A stretch of 64,000 nt of DNA from an uncultured Methanosarcinaceae archaeon (GTDB lineage: Archaea; Halobacteriota; Methanosarcinia; Methanosarcinales; Methanosarcinaceae), in NCBI GenBank assembly GCA_963847185.1, contig CAWJYV010000001.1, positions 224,001-288,000 of the forward strand, given 5' to 3'. The notes under the pieces are model-generated. The model had not been told where the DNA came from. It did no database searches and saw only the letters and a program-made list of their open reading frames with translations. Positions 1-10,091 of the stretch are shown here, one piece after another. The position numbers and the translations under genes were made by a program. Within the stretch, counting starts at the first letter, position 1. Every line of letters begins with the position of its first letter.

Positions 1-551
1 AAATACTGGCGGGTTCCAAAGATGGGAGGTTTCTTTACAGTACTGGCAATTCCTTCGAAGGCATGCACATGGTATGCCTGAACATCATGGGCATCTTCTT
101 TTCTGGCAGCCATGGGACCTACGGTATGGCATTCAATTACGCCTGTGATCGGGTTTGTACTGAGAACTCTCAAAGCGTGATATACAGGACATCCAGGGCC
201 TGCGGGACGGCCGGTTACTAGATCTCCTTTTTTAATATCCCATTTTTCTACAAGGTCTGCTCTGAAAGGCACTATGAATTTACGTGCTGAAGGCTCATTA
301 GGGAATGGAAGGAGGACAAAATCATACTCTTTCCCGGTAACGTCTGTGCCTGAGAAAGTGGGATTTCTCACCTGAAGCGATATTTTTTCTCGATTTGCAA
401 TTTTCTCCGGATACACGGTTTTCTCTATGCTGTAGAAAGGACACATATCTATCTCTATTAATCCAGCTTCGAGCCTGGAAACGAAGTCAGAACATGTCTG
501 AGAGCCGCAAGCCCCACAGTCTTTACCCGGAGGATTCCATACACCCACCAT
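1..551 (-). CDS. Fe-S cluster domain protein (partial, runs off the left edge)
   Basis: Manual translation from ATG at 551, overlapping the upstream stop as TGATG: MVGVWNPPGKDCGACGSQTC...MCPF. CGACGxxxC...CP is the putative Fe-S domain motif. Frame open to position 1. Confidence 0.8.
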   Translation of the reverse strand, partial: MVGVWNPPGKDCGACGSQTCSDFVSRLEAGLIEIDMCPFYSIEKTVYPEKIANREKISLQVRNPTFSGTDVTGKEYDFVLLPFPNEPSARKFIVPFRADLVEKWDIKKGDLVTGRPAGPGCPVYHALRVLSTNPITGVIECHTVGPMAARKEDAHDVQAYHVHAFEGIASTVKKPPIFGTRQY

Positions 552-1255
552 CAGTCACCTCTGTATAAGGGATCTGGCATATTCAGTGGTCTGATAACTC
601 CAAAATGGTTCTTCCATCCGATCTCTTTTTTCCCTATACATACAGTACATACACCAAGTGGAGGGGCACCTCTAAGCATGATCTGGTCAGGCCCTATATC
701 CGGATGCTCGGTAATCCGTCGCATCAGATATCTCAATCCTGTCCCCTGAATTGCATTTGTTTCTACAATGTCAATATTAGAGACAACTTTTCGGATACTT
801 TCCCTGAAAACCTCTTTTTCTGCCTGGGATACCAGGTCAGTCTTGGTTACAACTGCCACATCTGCAAGAGCAAGTAAAGGTGCCATTTTCAATGGGGAGT
901 TTGTTCCTGAGATTGCACTGACGACTGCAATTCCAAGAGATTGTGTAGTGTAAGGAGTACATCTGAGACAGAGGCCTGCACTCTCAATTATAAGGATGTT
1001 TCTTGAAAGACTCTCAGCCCAGCGTAATGCGTCGTCAAGGACCAGAATTCCCATATGGTCAGGACACACATCTCCGGAATAGATCTTTTTGACAGGAATC
1101 TCGAACTCTTCTGCAAGTTCTTGGTCCTCTGTTGCATGTACAACGTCAATTTTCAGGAAGGCAGGAAGTGATCCTTCAGGGAGATTTTTTATAACCTGAC
1201 GAATGACAGCTGTTTTTCCTCCGCTTGGAGGACCTGCGATAATGAGCAGCTTCAT
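551..1255 (-). CDS. HypB/UreG-like (G3E) P-loop GTPase
   Basis: GPPSGGKT Walker A, IESAGLCLRC, TKTD G4 motif, C-terminal CTVC. Confidence 0.85.
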   Translation of the reverse strand: MKLLIIAGPPSGGKTAVIRQVIKNLPEGSLPAFLKIDVVHATEDQELAEEFEIPVKKIYSGDVCPDHMGILVLDDALRWAESLSRNILIIESAGLCLRCTPYTTQSLGIAVVSAISGTNSPLKMAPLLALADVAVVTKTDLVSQAEKEVFRESIRKVVSNIDIVETNAIQGTGLRYLMRRITEHPDIGPDQIMLRGAPPLGVCTVCIGKKEIGWKNHFGVIRPLNMPDPLYRGD

Positions 1256-1261
1256 TTAAAT

Positions 1262-2080
1262 TCACACCCTATTCAGCTGCATTTTCTGTCCGGCTGGAGT
1301 CATCAAAATCTTTGAAGAAACTGATGAAAAAGCAGCTCCCTGTCTGAGTTTTTCTCTGATATGATGGAGCTTGTCTTCGATTAAAGCAAGATCTTCAATA
1401 AGATGCTGCTCTTCTCCAGTCGATTCTATTACAGACGCAACTCCCCCATGTCTCATCACTATGCGTCTGTCTGCCGTAAGAGCAAGATAAGGATCGTGTG
1501 TTACAAGGATGACTGCTTTGTTTCCTCCTTGAAGAGACTGGATGACACGGTCTTTAAAAATACCTGCATTTTCGATTTCATCAAGCAGAAGGATCGGGGT
1601 ATCACCGATTACAAGTGCGTCCGCGATCATAAGGGAACGAGTCTGCCCTCCGGATAAACCGCTCATTCGGCTTTTAAGGCTAATCGCTTCACCTGTAAAT
1701 GTATTTGCAAGATTTACGGTTTCATTAAGCAAGTCTTTCCTGCCTGGTTTCCGTGCCCTGATATGCATAAGCAGGAATTCTTCGACTGAAAGATCTGCCA
1801 GACAGCGTGTATTCTGGGTTATCAGAGCAATCGGTTTGAAGGCTGGTTCTCTTACATAAGATTCGGGAGGTTCCTGACCATCGATAAGGATTCGTCTGCC
1901 TGTAATACTGTCTCCCTGCGCAAGAGTTTCAATATCATTAATTAAAGCTGACTTTCCTGAGCCAGTTGGGCCTACAATCGCGAGAGTATCTCCTGGTCTT
2001 ATTTCTATGGTTTCAAATCCTTCCTTTTCTCCAAATCTGTTTTTCCCAGATTGAACCGTAAGAGTGAATTGCTTTGTCAT
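1262..2080 (-). CDS. Stand-alone ABC-type ATPase
   Basis: GPTGSGKS, LSGGQ, LLLDE, VTHD; no permease in this unit; ATG 2080 lies ~24 nt from a TTATAAAT box. Confidence 0.85.
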   Translation of the reverse strand: MTKQFTLTVQSGKNRFGEKEGFETIEIRPGDTLAIVGPTGSGKSALINDIETLAQGDSITGRRILIDGQEPPESYVREPAFKPIALITQNTRCLADLSVEEFLLMHIRARKPGRKDLLNETVNLANTFTGEAISLKSRMSGLSGGQTRSLMIADALVIGDTPILLLDEIENAGIFKDRVIQSLQGGNKAVILVTHDPYLALTADRRIVMRHGGVASVIESTGEEQHLIEDLALIEDKLHHIREKLRQGAAFSSVSSKILMTPAGQKMQLNRV

Positions 2081-2096
2081 GTACACAATTGTTAAG
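2081..2096. promoter_or_regulatory. Degenerate copy of palindromic operator (GTACACAATTGTTAAG)
   Basis: 13/16 match to GTTCACAATTGTGAAC; lies between the TATA box and the ATG of the ATPase gene. Confidence 0.6.
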
Positions 2097-2322
2097 ATTT
2101 GGTATTTATAAGTTTTTCCACAAAATAGAAGAATTTGTCCTTTAAAGTCAATATCTGAGTAAATCGTTTCCCAAATAGGAAATAAAATATGATAAAATGG
2201 AAAGAATGGATTAATTCAAAGCTATAATTTTTCCTCGGCGACAGTTTGAGGAAATTAATACAAAAATTAGATTGAAAACAGCTATCTGCTTCTTAAGATT
2301 GTGTGAAATTAATCACATATAC

Positions 2323-3315
2323 TCAAATATCTTTACCAGGTGTCAGGTCACATCCAGTACATTGAAGACACATTGTGCGAGATTCACATACACTCAGTGA
2401 CTGACAGTCAAGCATATTCTTGAGCATACCTCCAAGCTTTAGTAGCCTTGCAGCGTCTGGTCTATTGATCTTCACATTTTTTCTAAGAGGATGAGGAGAT
2501 ATAGGTCTGAGAATTGGAATTATGCATCTGCCCGTAAGAAGCTTGATACCCTTCTTGACTGTTTCGTCGCTTTCCCCAAGGCCGATAATGAAGTTTGAAG
2601 AGACCCGATTTCTACCAAATATATTCACTGCATTGTCGAGTGAATCAAGGACATTATAGAGTGAGAGGTCAGGACAAACACGACGGAAAAGCTCGGGGTC
2701 CATAGTTTCTACATTATATTTTATTTCGCATGCGCCTGCAGAGTACAGTTCTTCTGACGAATCATTTGTCGGATAAACAGAAACACCTACTGGAAGATTA
2801 TAATCCTTTGTAAGCTGCTTTACAACCTCTGCCATTCTCTGGACTTCTTTTTTTGGCGAAACAGCTACACCGCTTGTAAGAGAAATTGCCTTCAATTCAC
2901 CTGTCGAATAGGCCTCCCCAACCATCTGAAGAACTTTACTGATGTCTTTTATTCCACCCTGCATCTTCGGAACAGGACAGAACTGGCAGTCGTATATACA
3001 TTTTTCAGATAGCGTGATGTAGGCCTGTTCCGGACAGTGGCAAAGCGGACGCTCAAGCACTCCCCTGGCAATTACCTCATCACCCTTCAAGACGACAACA
3101 TGTTCATCTTCTGGCTCTATATGCAAAGGAGATAGGTTATTGATTGTGAGCCTGACCCTTCTCTTTCCCGATTTGAGGAAGATTGAAGTGCCACCTGCTC
3201 CGGGGCCAGCTGTAGCTTTGCTTTCAAGTTGATCAGGAAAAAGGGAATCATCTACCTGAACACTTCCTATGCTTATAAGATATGCCTTAATATTTGCATC
3301 AAGTTCTTTGTCCAT
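2323..3315 (-). CDS. Radical SAM protein (biotin synthase-related)
   Basis: CIYDCQFC (CxxxCxxC), YNVET, IIGLGES, C-terminal CLQCTGC. Confidence 0.85.
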   Translation of the reverse strand: MDKELDANIKAYLISIGSVQVDDSLFPDQLESKATAGPGAGGTSIFLKSGKRRVRLTINNLSPLHIEPEDEHVVVLKGDEVIARGVLERPLCHCPEQAYITLSEKCIYDCQFCPVPKMQGGIKDISKVLQMVGEAYSTGELKAISLTSGVAVSPKKEVQRMAEVVKQLTKDYNLPVGVSVYPTNDSSEELYSAGACEIKYNVETMDPELFRRVCPDLSLYNVLDSLDNAVNIFGRNRVSSNFIIGLGESDETVKKGIKLLTGRCIIPILRPISPHPLRKNVKINRPDAARLLKLGGMLKNMLDCQSLSVCESRTMCLQCTGCDLTPGKDI

Positions 3316-3385
3316 AATTATGCACTTCAGAAAGCAAAATATGAAGTGTATTTGCTCAGTACACTTGTCGCGTATTTATTATATT

Positions 3386-3425
3386 GTTTACAATTGTGAA
3401 CCAAATAATATTAACAATTGTGAAC
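3386..3425. promoter_or_regulatory. Two tandem operator copies upstream of the radical SAM gene
   Basis: GTTTACAATTGTGAAC (3386-3401) and ATTAACAATTGTGAAC (3410-3425), 24 bp apart. Confidence 0.7.
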
Positions 3426-3863
3426 TTAAAAAGGTTATGACTAGAATTTAATTTTTTTAGTAAGTTGAGTATGAACCGAAAACTAAAGAAGTTCTATTTT
3501 TAACAACTGACGAAGGTTCAAGCCTTTTGAATATCTCAAAATAAGCTCTTTTCGGTGTCTGGAATTTTAATCCAATTTCGATCTTGCGGATTCCACTGCA
3601 TTCCTACTAACGATCTTTTCTGCAAAACTGTCAGCAAGGAATTCAAGTCTGTCTTCCGAACGATTTTTCGTAAATTGATAATAGAGAGCTGTTTCTCTTA
3701 CTTCCCCGTTTTCCACTGATCTTTTGAATTCTCTGAGAGCCCCCTAAACCTTGCCTGCACTTAACAAAAGCAGTGGCTTACCCTCGGATCTTGGGATTTG
3801 TAGCAGTAGACAAATACAAAAGGCAAAAAAGAAATGGAATATGATGTGTTCATGAATTTTTGA

Positions 3864-4694
3864 TCACGTCTGAGAAACGAGCACATCAGAAGCTCGATAC
3901 TGAATTGGAAGTTTTGACTTAGATTGATGGTATTTTGTTTTATTAATAGATCTCAGATCAAATTCTCTAAATACCTCATCGCGTATCGCCAGAAAATCAG
4001 CACTTGTTCTATCCCTTTTTCTTGCTAAGGTTACATCAATTATTTTCTTCACTTTACCTGGACCAGCTGTCATAACAACAATCTTATCCGCCAGAAACAC
4101 TGCTTCTTCAATATCATGCGTAACAAACACTACTGTTTTTTTCTTCTCCTGCCAGATTTTTTCAATCTCCTCCTGCATGCTCATTCGTGTCATTGCATCA
4201 AGGGCTCCGAAAGGCTCATCCATAAAAAGAATCTCCGGATCAACTGCGAGAGCTCTTGCGATTGCAATTCTTTGCTGCATACCTCCAGAAAGCTGGTTTG
4301 GATGATGTTTTTTGTAATCCGACAAACCGACCAATTCGAGATATTCTTCAGCTATCTCACAACGTTTCTTCTCATCAAACCCTTTAGACTCCAGCCCCAG
4401 CTCTATATTTTTGATTACCGTTCTCCAAGGGAGCAGTCCAAAATTCTGGAATATAGCAACTCTATCAATTGAAGGTTGGATAACATCATCTCCGTTAATC
4501 TTAATAGTTCCAGTGGAAGGCCTGTCAAAGCCTGCTATCATATTCAGGAGCGTTGTTTTCCCACATCCACTCGGGCCAAGCAGGCAGATGAATTTTCCTT
4601 CTTCAATCGATAAATCGACTTTTTCAAGAGCTATAGATCTACTTTTGTCCTTCAGCTCGTATACTTTTGATACTCCTTCAACGGAAATAAACAT
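3864..4694 (-). CDS. Nitrate/sulfonate/taurine-type ABC transporter ATPase
   Basis: GPSGCGKT, LSGGMQQR, MDEPFGALD; SsuB/TauB-like. Confidence 0.92.
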   Translation of the reverse strand: MFISVEGVSKVYELKDKSRSIALEKVDLSIEEGKFICLLGPSGCGKTTLLNMIAGFDRPSTGTIKINGDDVIQPSIDRVAIFQNFGLLPWRTVIKNIELGLESKGFDEKKRCEIAEEYLELVGLSDYKKHHPNQLSGGMQQRIAIARALAVDPEILFMDEPFGALDAMTRMSMQEEIEKIWQEKKKTVVFVTHDIEEAVFLADKIVVMTAGPGKVKKIIDVTLARKRDRTSADFLAIRDEVFREFDLRSINKTKYHQSKSKLPIQYRASDVLVSQT

Positions 4695-4695
4695 A

Positions 4696-5478
4696 TTAAT
4701 TCACCCTTTCTAAGGACATTCCCCATTGCTTTTGAACCCAGTTTTCCAGAAGCCTGATGGTCTTATCCAATAAAAGCCCTGTTATACCTATGCAAATGAT
4801 ACCAGCAAGTACGAGGTCTGATCGAATAGAATTTCTTGCGTCAATTATTAAGTACCCCAATCCTGATTGAGCTCCAACCATTTCTCCTGCAACCAGAAAT
4901 ACCCAGGCTGATCCCAATGCCATATACAGTCCGTTTGTTATCATTGGAAAAGCTGCTGGAAAGATAATTTTTGACAATAAATATGGTTGTTTGATACCAA
5001 AATTCTGAGCTACTTTAAGGTATACAGGATCTACTTTTTTAACTCCGGAGATAGTTGATAGAAGAACTGGATAAAAAGCCGCTATAAAAATTATCACGAC
5101 AGCAGGCAAATCACCTATTCCAAACCAAAGCACTATAAACGGAAACCATGCAATAGGAGAAATAGGTCTTAAAACCTGCACCACAGGGTCGATAAAAGCC
5201 CACAATTTTCCATAAGATCCAAGAATTAGGCCTAAGATAATTCCTGCAACTGATGCCGTCAAATAGCCAGCTAGGAACCTTAATAAGCTAACTTGGAAAT
5301 GAGTCGTAAGACTGCCATCATTAATTAGTTCAACTATTCCTTCGAGAACTTTAAATGGAGAAGGAAGAAGAGAAGATTCATATCTTCCTGTAAGAACTAC
5401 CATTTCCCAGATCAGAATCAGCAAAGTGAGACTTACAATCGCAGTACCTAATTTTCTTATTTTTACCATTGTTCTCAC
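4696..5478 (-). CDS. Nitrate/sulfonate-type ABC permease
   Basis: Hydrophobic helices, RPISPIAW, VAGEMVGAQSGLG; SsuC/TauC-like. Confidence 0.92.
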   Translation of the reverse strand: MRTMVKIRKLGTAIVSLTLLILIWEMVVLTGRYESSLLPSPFKVLEGIVELINDGSLTTHFQVSLLRFLAGYLTASVAGIILGLILGSYGKLWAFIDPVVQVLRPISPIAWFPFIVLWFGIGDLPAVVIIFIAAFYPVLLSTISGVKKVDPVYLKVAQNFGIKQPYLLSKIIFPAAFPMITNGLYMALGSAWVFLVAGEMVGAQSGLGYLIIDARNSIRSDLVLAGIICIGITGLLLDKTIRLLENWVQKQWGMSLERVN

Positions 5479-6452
5479 TCTGCCGCTTCAATAAATGAGT
5501 TATCCACAAATTCTGAGTATTTAGGAGGATTCTTTAATTGCCCCATTTCCACAAGATATTGAGATAGTTCATTGTAATCTTTCTCTTCCAGCTTCAGGTT
5601 ATTGTAGGAAATCCATTGGAGTGACATGTCAAGTACATCAGGTTTGATTTTCATATATTTGGTAGCTGTATCTAATACCTCGGGGTCTTTAGACTCAGCT
5701 TTTTCGCCTGCCTTAACGTATTCCTTTATAAATTCTGCTGCAACTGTCGGATTGTTTTTGATGAAGTCGCCTCTAAGCACAAGCCCACAGCATACGGAAT
5801 CTTTCCATAAATCCTGTGATTCAAATAGTACCTTCCCGTTGCCACTTGCTATCGATATTGCTCCAAAAGGCTCGGCTACTATATATCCGGAAATTCTGCC
5901 TTCAGATAAAGCAGCTGGCATTTCAGGTGGCGGGAGCTCTACAATATTCAAATCATTGGATGTAAGATCATTTTCCTTTAACATTTTGTATAAAAGAACG
6001 TTATGAGTTGAAAGCCTGTGAGGAATTGCAAAAGTTTTTCCTTTCAAATCAGCAACCTGTGTAATATCCTTAGATACTATCACCACATTACCATCTCTAT
6101 GCCCCAGGGCAACAGTCTTCAGATCAATTCCTTGCTCCTTTGATTTCATAGCAAGCTCAATTAACATAGAAGCCCCGTCAACCTGACCTGTATTTACCGC
6201 ATCACTAAGTTCAGTCCAGGAGCCAAACTTTATCAATTCCACTTTAAAGTTCTTTGACTCATTTGCCGAAAGATCATTCTCAACATATAGAGGAAGGGCA
6301 TGGGTGAGCGGAAGATAACCAATTTTCACAGTCTTGACTTCAGTTTGCTCAGAGCCTTCTTCTTTATTACCCCAACTGGCAAGACTGAACACCAGGGACA
6401 TTAGTATGACAGCCAGAATAGCTATAGCAATTTTTTTCTTCATCATATCCAC
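5475..6452 (-). CDS. Nitrate/sulfonate-type ABC substrate-binding protein
   Basis: N-terminal anchor, IGYLPLTH, DLKGKTFAIP, AEPF (NMT1-like). Confidence 0.9.
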   Translation of the reverse strand: MDMMKKKIAIAILAVILMSLVFSLASWGNKEEGSEQTEVKTVKIGYLPLTHALPLYVENDLSANESKNFKVELIKFGSWTELSDAVNTGQVDGASMLIELAMKSKEQGIDLKTVALGHRDGNVVIVSKDITQVADLKGKTFAIPHRLSTHNVLLYKMLKENDLTSNDLNIVELPPPEMPAALSEGRISGYIVAEPFGAISIASGNGKVLFESQDLWKDSVCCGLVLRGDFIKNNPTVAAEFIKEYVKAGEKAESKDPEVLDTATKYMKIKPDVLDMSLQWISYNNLKLEEKDYNELSQYLVEMGQLKNPPKYSEFVDNSFIEAAE

Positions 6453-6493
6453 TTCAATTTAAATTTCATTCTTTTTATACTCAATTCGAGTTT

Positions 6494-8509
6494 TTACTTC
6501 CATCCAAGAACCTTTCTTTTCTCCTGAATGTCCGATACAATCCTGTTTGCAAGCTTTGCAGAATCTATTTCAACCACCATTACTGAACCCAGGGTCTTTT
6601 TGGTATCTTCATACAGGAATTTCGTGACTTTTTCCGAACCCTGTACAGGAGGGTGCACACAATGGTACGAATTTATTCCCAGTAATCTGAAACCAAGGGC
6701 AGCTCCCAAGCCCTTTTCATTTGACCATTCGGGGCTTGCAAGTGCAAATGGCATGTCTTTGATATCTTTACCTGAAGCATCAGATAAGGCTCTGAATAAA
6801 GCAGAAGCTCTGGCATTGTCAATACACTCTCCCATATGCCATACTGGTGGAAGGTCAGGCTCTAAAAATTCTCTTAGCTCTCTTCCGGTTTTTTCAAAAG
6901 CTGTTTGGTTGCAGAAACCCAGTTTCATTAAGGGGAACGAAGCGCAGCCATTGGTTAGGACCAGAATGTTATTCTCTATCAGTTTAGCTGCCACATCAGC
7001 AACTGCTTTTTCATAAATAACCCTTGTATTGTTGCATCCTACCAAATTTACTACACCGGCAATCCTGCCTTCTTTCAACGCATCTGCAATAACATTTATA
7101 CTTCCAAAGCGGTTTACAATATATTCCAGTGAAAAGCCTATTTCTGCTTTAACTTCATAATTGGGAATGAAGACCGGGACGTCTCTTCTCGATGCGAAAC
7201 TTTCAACTGCTCTTTCGACTATTCTTTTCGCCAAATTTTCTGTTTCTTTTAAATTTGAGTGAGTATGGTCATAACCATAATGCTCTGCACCTGGCAGCCT
7301 CGTTGAATCACTGGTTGTAATTACTGTTGTTTTAAAGCATTTTGCCACGTCCATGATTGTCGGGAAGATATCCTGAACGTCGGCCACCCAGAGGTCAATT
7401 GCACCGGTTCCGAGTATAAGCTCCGCTCCAATCGCATTTGATAGAGGTATTACCCCTCCATACCGATACATTGCAGAAAGTCCCGAGCAACATATACCAT
7501 AAAACTGAATTCCTTCTGCACCATTTTCTTTTGCAAGACTTACAAATTCCTCACTTCTCCCCTGCTTTATAATCTCACTTACGAGAAGAGGAGAATGCCC
7601 GTGAATTGCGATATTCACATAGCCTTTTTTTAAAGCTCCAATATTTGCCATAACAGTGCTTCTCTCCGGCAGACCGAAAAGACTGTCCATGGCTATTGAA
7701 GACCCGAGGGCGCTAGTCCATGCAAAAGCAAGACCACATCGCAGGAACTGCTGCATAACGTTCTTCCAATCTCCATCGGTTCCTGTGGTTGTTCTATGAA
7801 GAGCTTCAAATACTTCATGATAAGCGCCAACCGGAAGGATGTCTAGATCTTTCCATACCTCTATTCGCTCCGGCGTCGCAAAGGAATTTAATGTTTTATG
7901 TTTGTCAGGTACTGTTCTGGATAAATCCTCAAGAAGAGCATCGACTACCTTCAAAGCGATTTCTTCTATTGTTTTTCCTTCAGTATCGATGCCTAATTGA
8001 TCAGCAGATTTTCTTAATTTTTCCTCGCCTGCGATCGGTAATTTCAGGCTGCCTTCGGCGGAAGCTTTTAAGGCAAGCATTATTTCTCGTCCTCTGGCAC
8101 CATGCGCAGCCACTCCCGCAGCAACCCATCTTAGCAGGTTTCTGGCAACAATAAGGTCTGCGTCTGCTCCACATACCCCCCTGGGGCTTTTCCTGGTGAC
8201 CCTGCATGGTCCGTTATTACAATTGCGGCAGCATATACCCGCCATACCGAAGTTACAATGTGGCTTCTGCTGATCAAAACGATCAAAAGGAGTTTCACAG
8301 CCAACCTTCTCCATATGCAATAGCATACTTTTAACCGCTGGATCGGGAGTTTGTTTTAATACATCTTCCTTTGTTGGAAAGCTTTTTTTGTATTCAGATA
8401 CAGCTTCCGTATAATCAGTGAAGTCTTCCCCACCATGGTGATTGTGACGATCGTGCTTATCTTTGTGAAAATGATCATAAGGATGGGGGTGATTTTCAGG
8501 CAGCTTCAT
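6494..8509 (-). CDS. cooS: Ni-Fe carbon monoxide dehydrogenase catalytic subunit (atypical C-cluster)
   Basis: CNFGMAGICCRNCNNGPC...GVCG (D/B clusters), HGH, GICC, GCNN, GCAS, GECIDN, EK; His-rich N-terminus. Confidence 0.92.
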   Translation of the reverse strand: MKLPENHPHPYDHFHKDKHDRHNHHGGEDFTDYTEAVSEYKKSFPTKEDVLKQTPDPAVKSMLLHMEKVGCETPFDRFDQQKPHCNFGMAGICCRNCNNGPCRVTRKSPRGVCGADADLIVARNLLRWVAAGVAAHGARGREIMLALKASAEGSLKLPIAGEEKLRKSADQLGIDTEGKTIEEIALKVVDALLEDLSRTVPDKHKTLNSFATPERIEVWKDLDILPVGAYHEVFEALHRTTTGTDGDWKNVMQQFLRCGLAFAWTSALGSSIAMDSLFGLPERSTVMANIGALKKGYVNIAIHGHSPLLVSEIIKQGRSEEFVSLAKENGAEGIQFYGICCSGLSAMYRYGGVIPLSNAIGAELILGTGAIDLWVADVQDIFPTIMDVAKCFKTTVITTSDSTRLPGAEHYGYDHTHSNLKETENLAKRIVERAVESFASRRDVPVFIPNYEVKAEIGFSLEYIVNRFGSINVIADALKEGRIAGVVNLVGCNNTRVIYEKAVADVAAKLIENNILVLTNGCASFPLMKLGFCNQTAFEKTGRELREFLEPDLPPVWHMGECIDNARASALFRALSDASGKDIKDMPFALASPEWSNEKGLGAALGFRLLGINSYHCVHPPVQGSEKVTKFLYEDTKKTLGSVMVVEIDSAKLANRIVSDIQEKRKVLGWK

Positions 8510-8641
8510 TGTTCAAAGACCTCTATAAGTTTTACTGAATCCAACAAGGACATCTTCATTCCTGGGTAGTTTTTATCAAGTATCTAAGGGACTACGAGCT
8601 TTCAAGCTCACATCTGCCTTATATAATAGCTTTAGAGTTTT

Positions 8642-8657
8642 GTTCACAATTGTGAAC
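8642..8657. promoter_or_regulatory. Perfect 16-bp palindrome GTTCACAATTGTGAAC upstream of cooS
   Basis: Perfect inverted repeat ~17 bp upstream of a TTATATAA box (8618-8625). Confidence 0.75.
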
Positions 8658-9080
8658 TGGCAAAATACCAAACTCACTGCTGATATTTAAATGTTGATTT
8701 TAAGGCAAAAATCTCCTGGAAAATTCAGTACAGAGCACAAAGACTACAGAGAATATACAGAAAACCAAGAACCACAGCATGTAAAAGGCTATAGAGCAAA
8801 GGTTTCCATCAAATTAGTAAATAGTATCAGTTATATTGACTTATCAAATGTCAGTTCAATAAATGACTTACTTTCTTTTTTATTTATCTTACTATCTTCC
8901 TAATTTGCTTCTGCAGCAATAAGAATGTCAGATCGGTCTCTCTGGCAAATAAATTAAACAGAATTGGTAATAAAAATCGTTTAAGGCAGAAATTGCCTAA
9001 AAATGCCATTTTTTATATTAAGACTAATTCTAACTTCAAGCAGAAGAACTAGATATTAAACAAAAAATTCAGGTACGAGC

Positions 9081-9656
9081 ATGAAAGTTAGAGAGAGTGG
9101 TATGCCCAATGAAAAAAACTGGGCAGAATTCTTTGAGCCCGAAAAAATCTTGCATATTCTGGAGCTTGACCGCAAGGTAGAGGATGTTGTGGAATTTGGT
9201 TGCGGTTATGGCACTTTTACTATACCAGCAGCAAAAAAAGTAAAGGGGATAGTGCATGCTATTGACATTGAAGAAGAAATGGTAAAGAGAGTTGCTGAAA
9301 GAGCAAATGCAGAAAAATTAAACAATATAATGACGCTTCTTCTCGATTTTGTTAATGAAGGGTCTGGACTTGAAGATAAAAGTGTGGATTATGCAATGCT
9401 TTTCAACATTCTTCATGCAGAAAATCCAGAAGAAATACTGAAAGAAGCATATAGAGTCCTAAAACTAGAGGGGAAATTAGGTGTAATACACTGGAACTAT
9501 GATCCTGAAACACCTCGAGGTCCACCAATGACAATAAGGCCCAGACCAGAGCAATGCATCAAATGGGCTATTGAGAGTGGATTTAAGCTTGATAACAGGC
9601 ATGATCTGAAACCGTACCATTATGGTTTTGTCTTCTCAAAGCCTGGCAAGGAATGA
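9081..9656 (+). CDS. Class I SAM-dependent methyltransferase
   Basis: VEFGCGYG motif I, AIDIE, EAYRVLK. Confidence 0.88.
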   Translation: MKVRESGMPNEKNWAEFFEPEKILHILELDRKVEDVVEFGCGYGTFTIPAAKKVKGIVHAIDIEEEMVKRVAERANAEKLNNIMTLLLDFVNEGSGLEDKSVDYAMLFNILHAENPEEILKEAYRVLKLEGKLGVIHWNYDPETPRGPPMTIRPRPEQCIKWAIESGFKLDNRHDLKPYHYGFVFSKPGKE

Positions 9657-9680
9657 AATAGAGTGTTTTGCGTGATTAAG

Positions 9681-10091
9681 ATGAAGTTATTGATGTTCGA
9701 TGCCAATGATTTCTGGTATAAAACGTTCAGCAAGACTGTAGAATCTGCTGATACATATGATGTGGAAGAATCAATGACAGACTCCCTCATAATTTTCATT
9801 AATGTTGAGAAAGAAGATGAGGCCCAGAAAGATAAGGTTGTCAAGAAAGCTGTTAACAATATTAGCTGGCTGGCTAAAAAAACAGATAGAAAAAAAGTAG
9901 TGCTTCATTCTTTTGGACATCTATCAGATAGTAAATCTAGTATCGAGTTCGCGGAGAATGCCATTAAAGCTATCAAAGATAAACTAACTTCGAAAGGATT
10001 CGAAACTTCAATGACACCGTTTGGATATTTTTTTGAATTCAAAATTCACGTGAAAGGCGAATCACTGGCAAAGGTCTGGAAATCGCTGTAA
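9681..10091 (+). CDS. Free-standing archaeal ThrRS editing-domain-like protein
   Basis: MKLLM..., FINVEKEDE, FGHLS, PFGY..F.I..KG..LA match the archaeal ThrRS N-terminal editing domain. Confidence 0.8.
   Translation: MKLLMFDANDFWYKTFSKTVESADTYDVEESMTDSLIIFINVEKEDEAQKDKVVKKAVNNISWLAKKTDRKKVVLHSFGHLSDSKSSIEFAENAIKAIKDKLTSKGFETSMTPFGYFFEFKIHVKGESLAKVWKSL

Noticed and set aside
2302-2317. TGTGA-N6-TCACA CRP/CooA-like box
   Set aside because: Single copy right after the radical SAM stop, far from a TATA box; no CRP-family gene seen
3500-3750. Possible gene fragment on the minus strand (GALREFKRSVENGEV...)
   Set aside because: No clear start and no recognisable family
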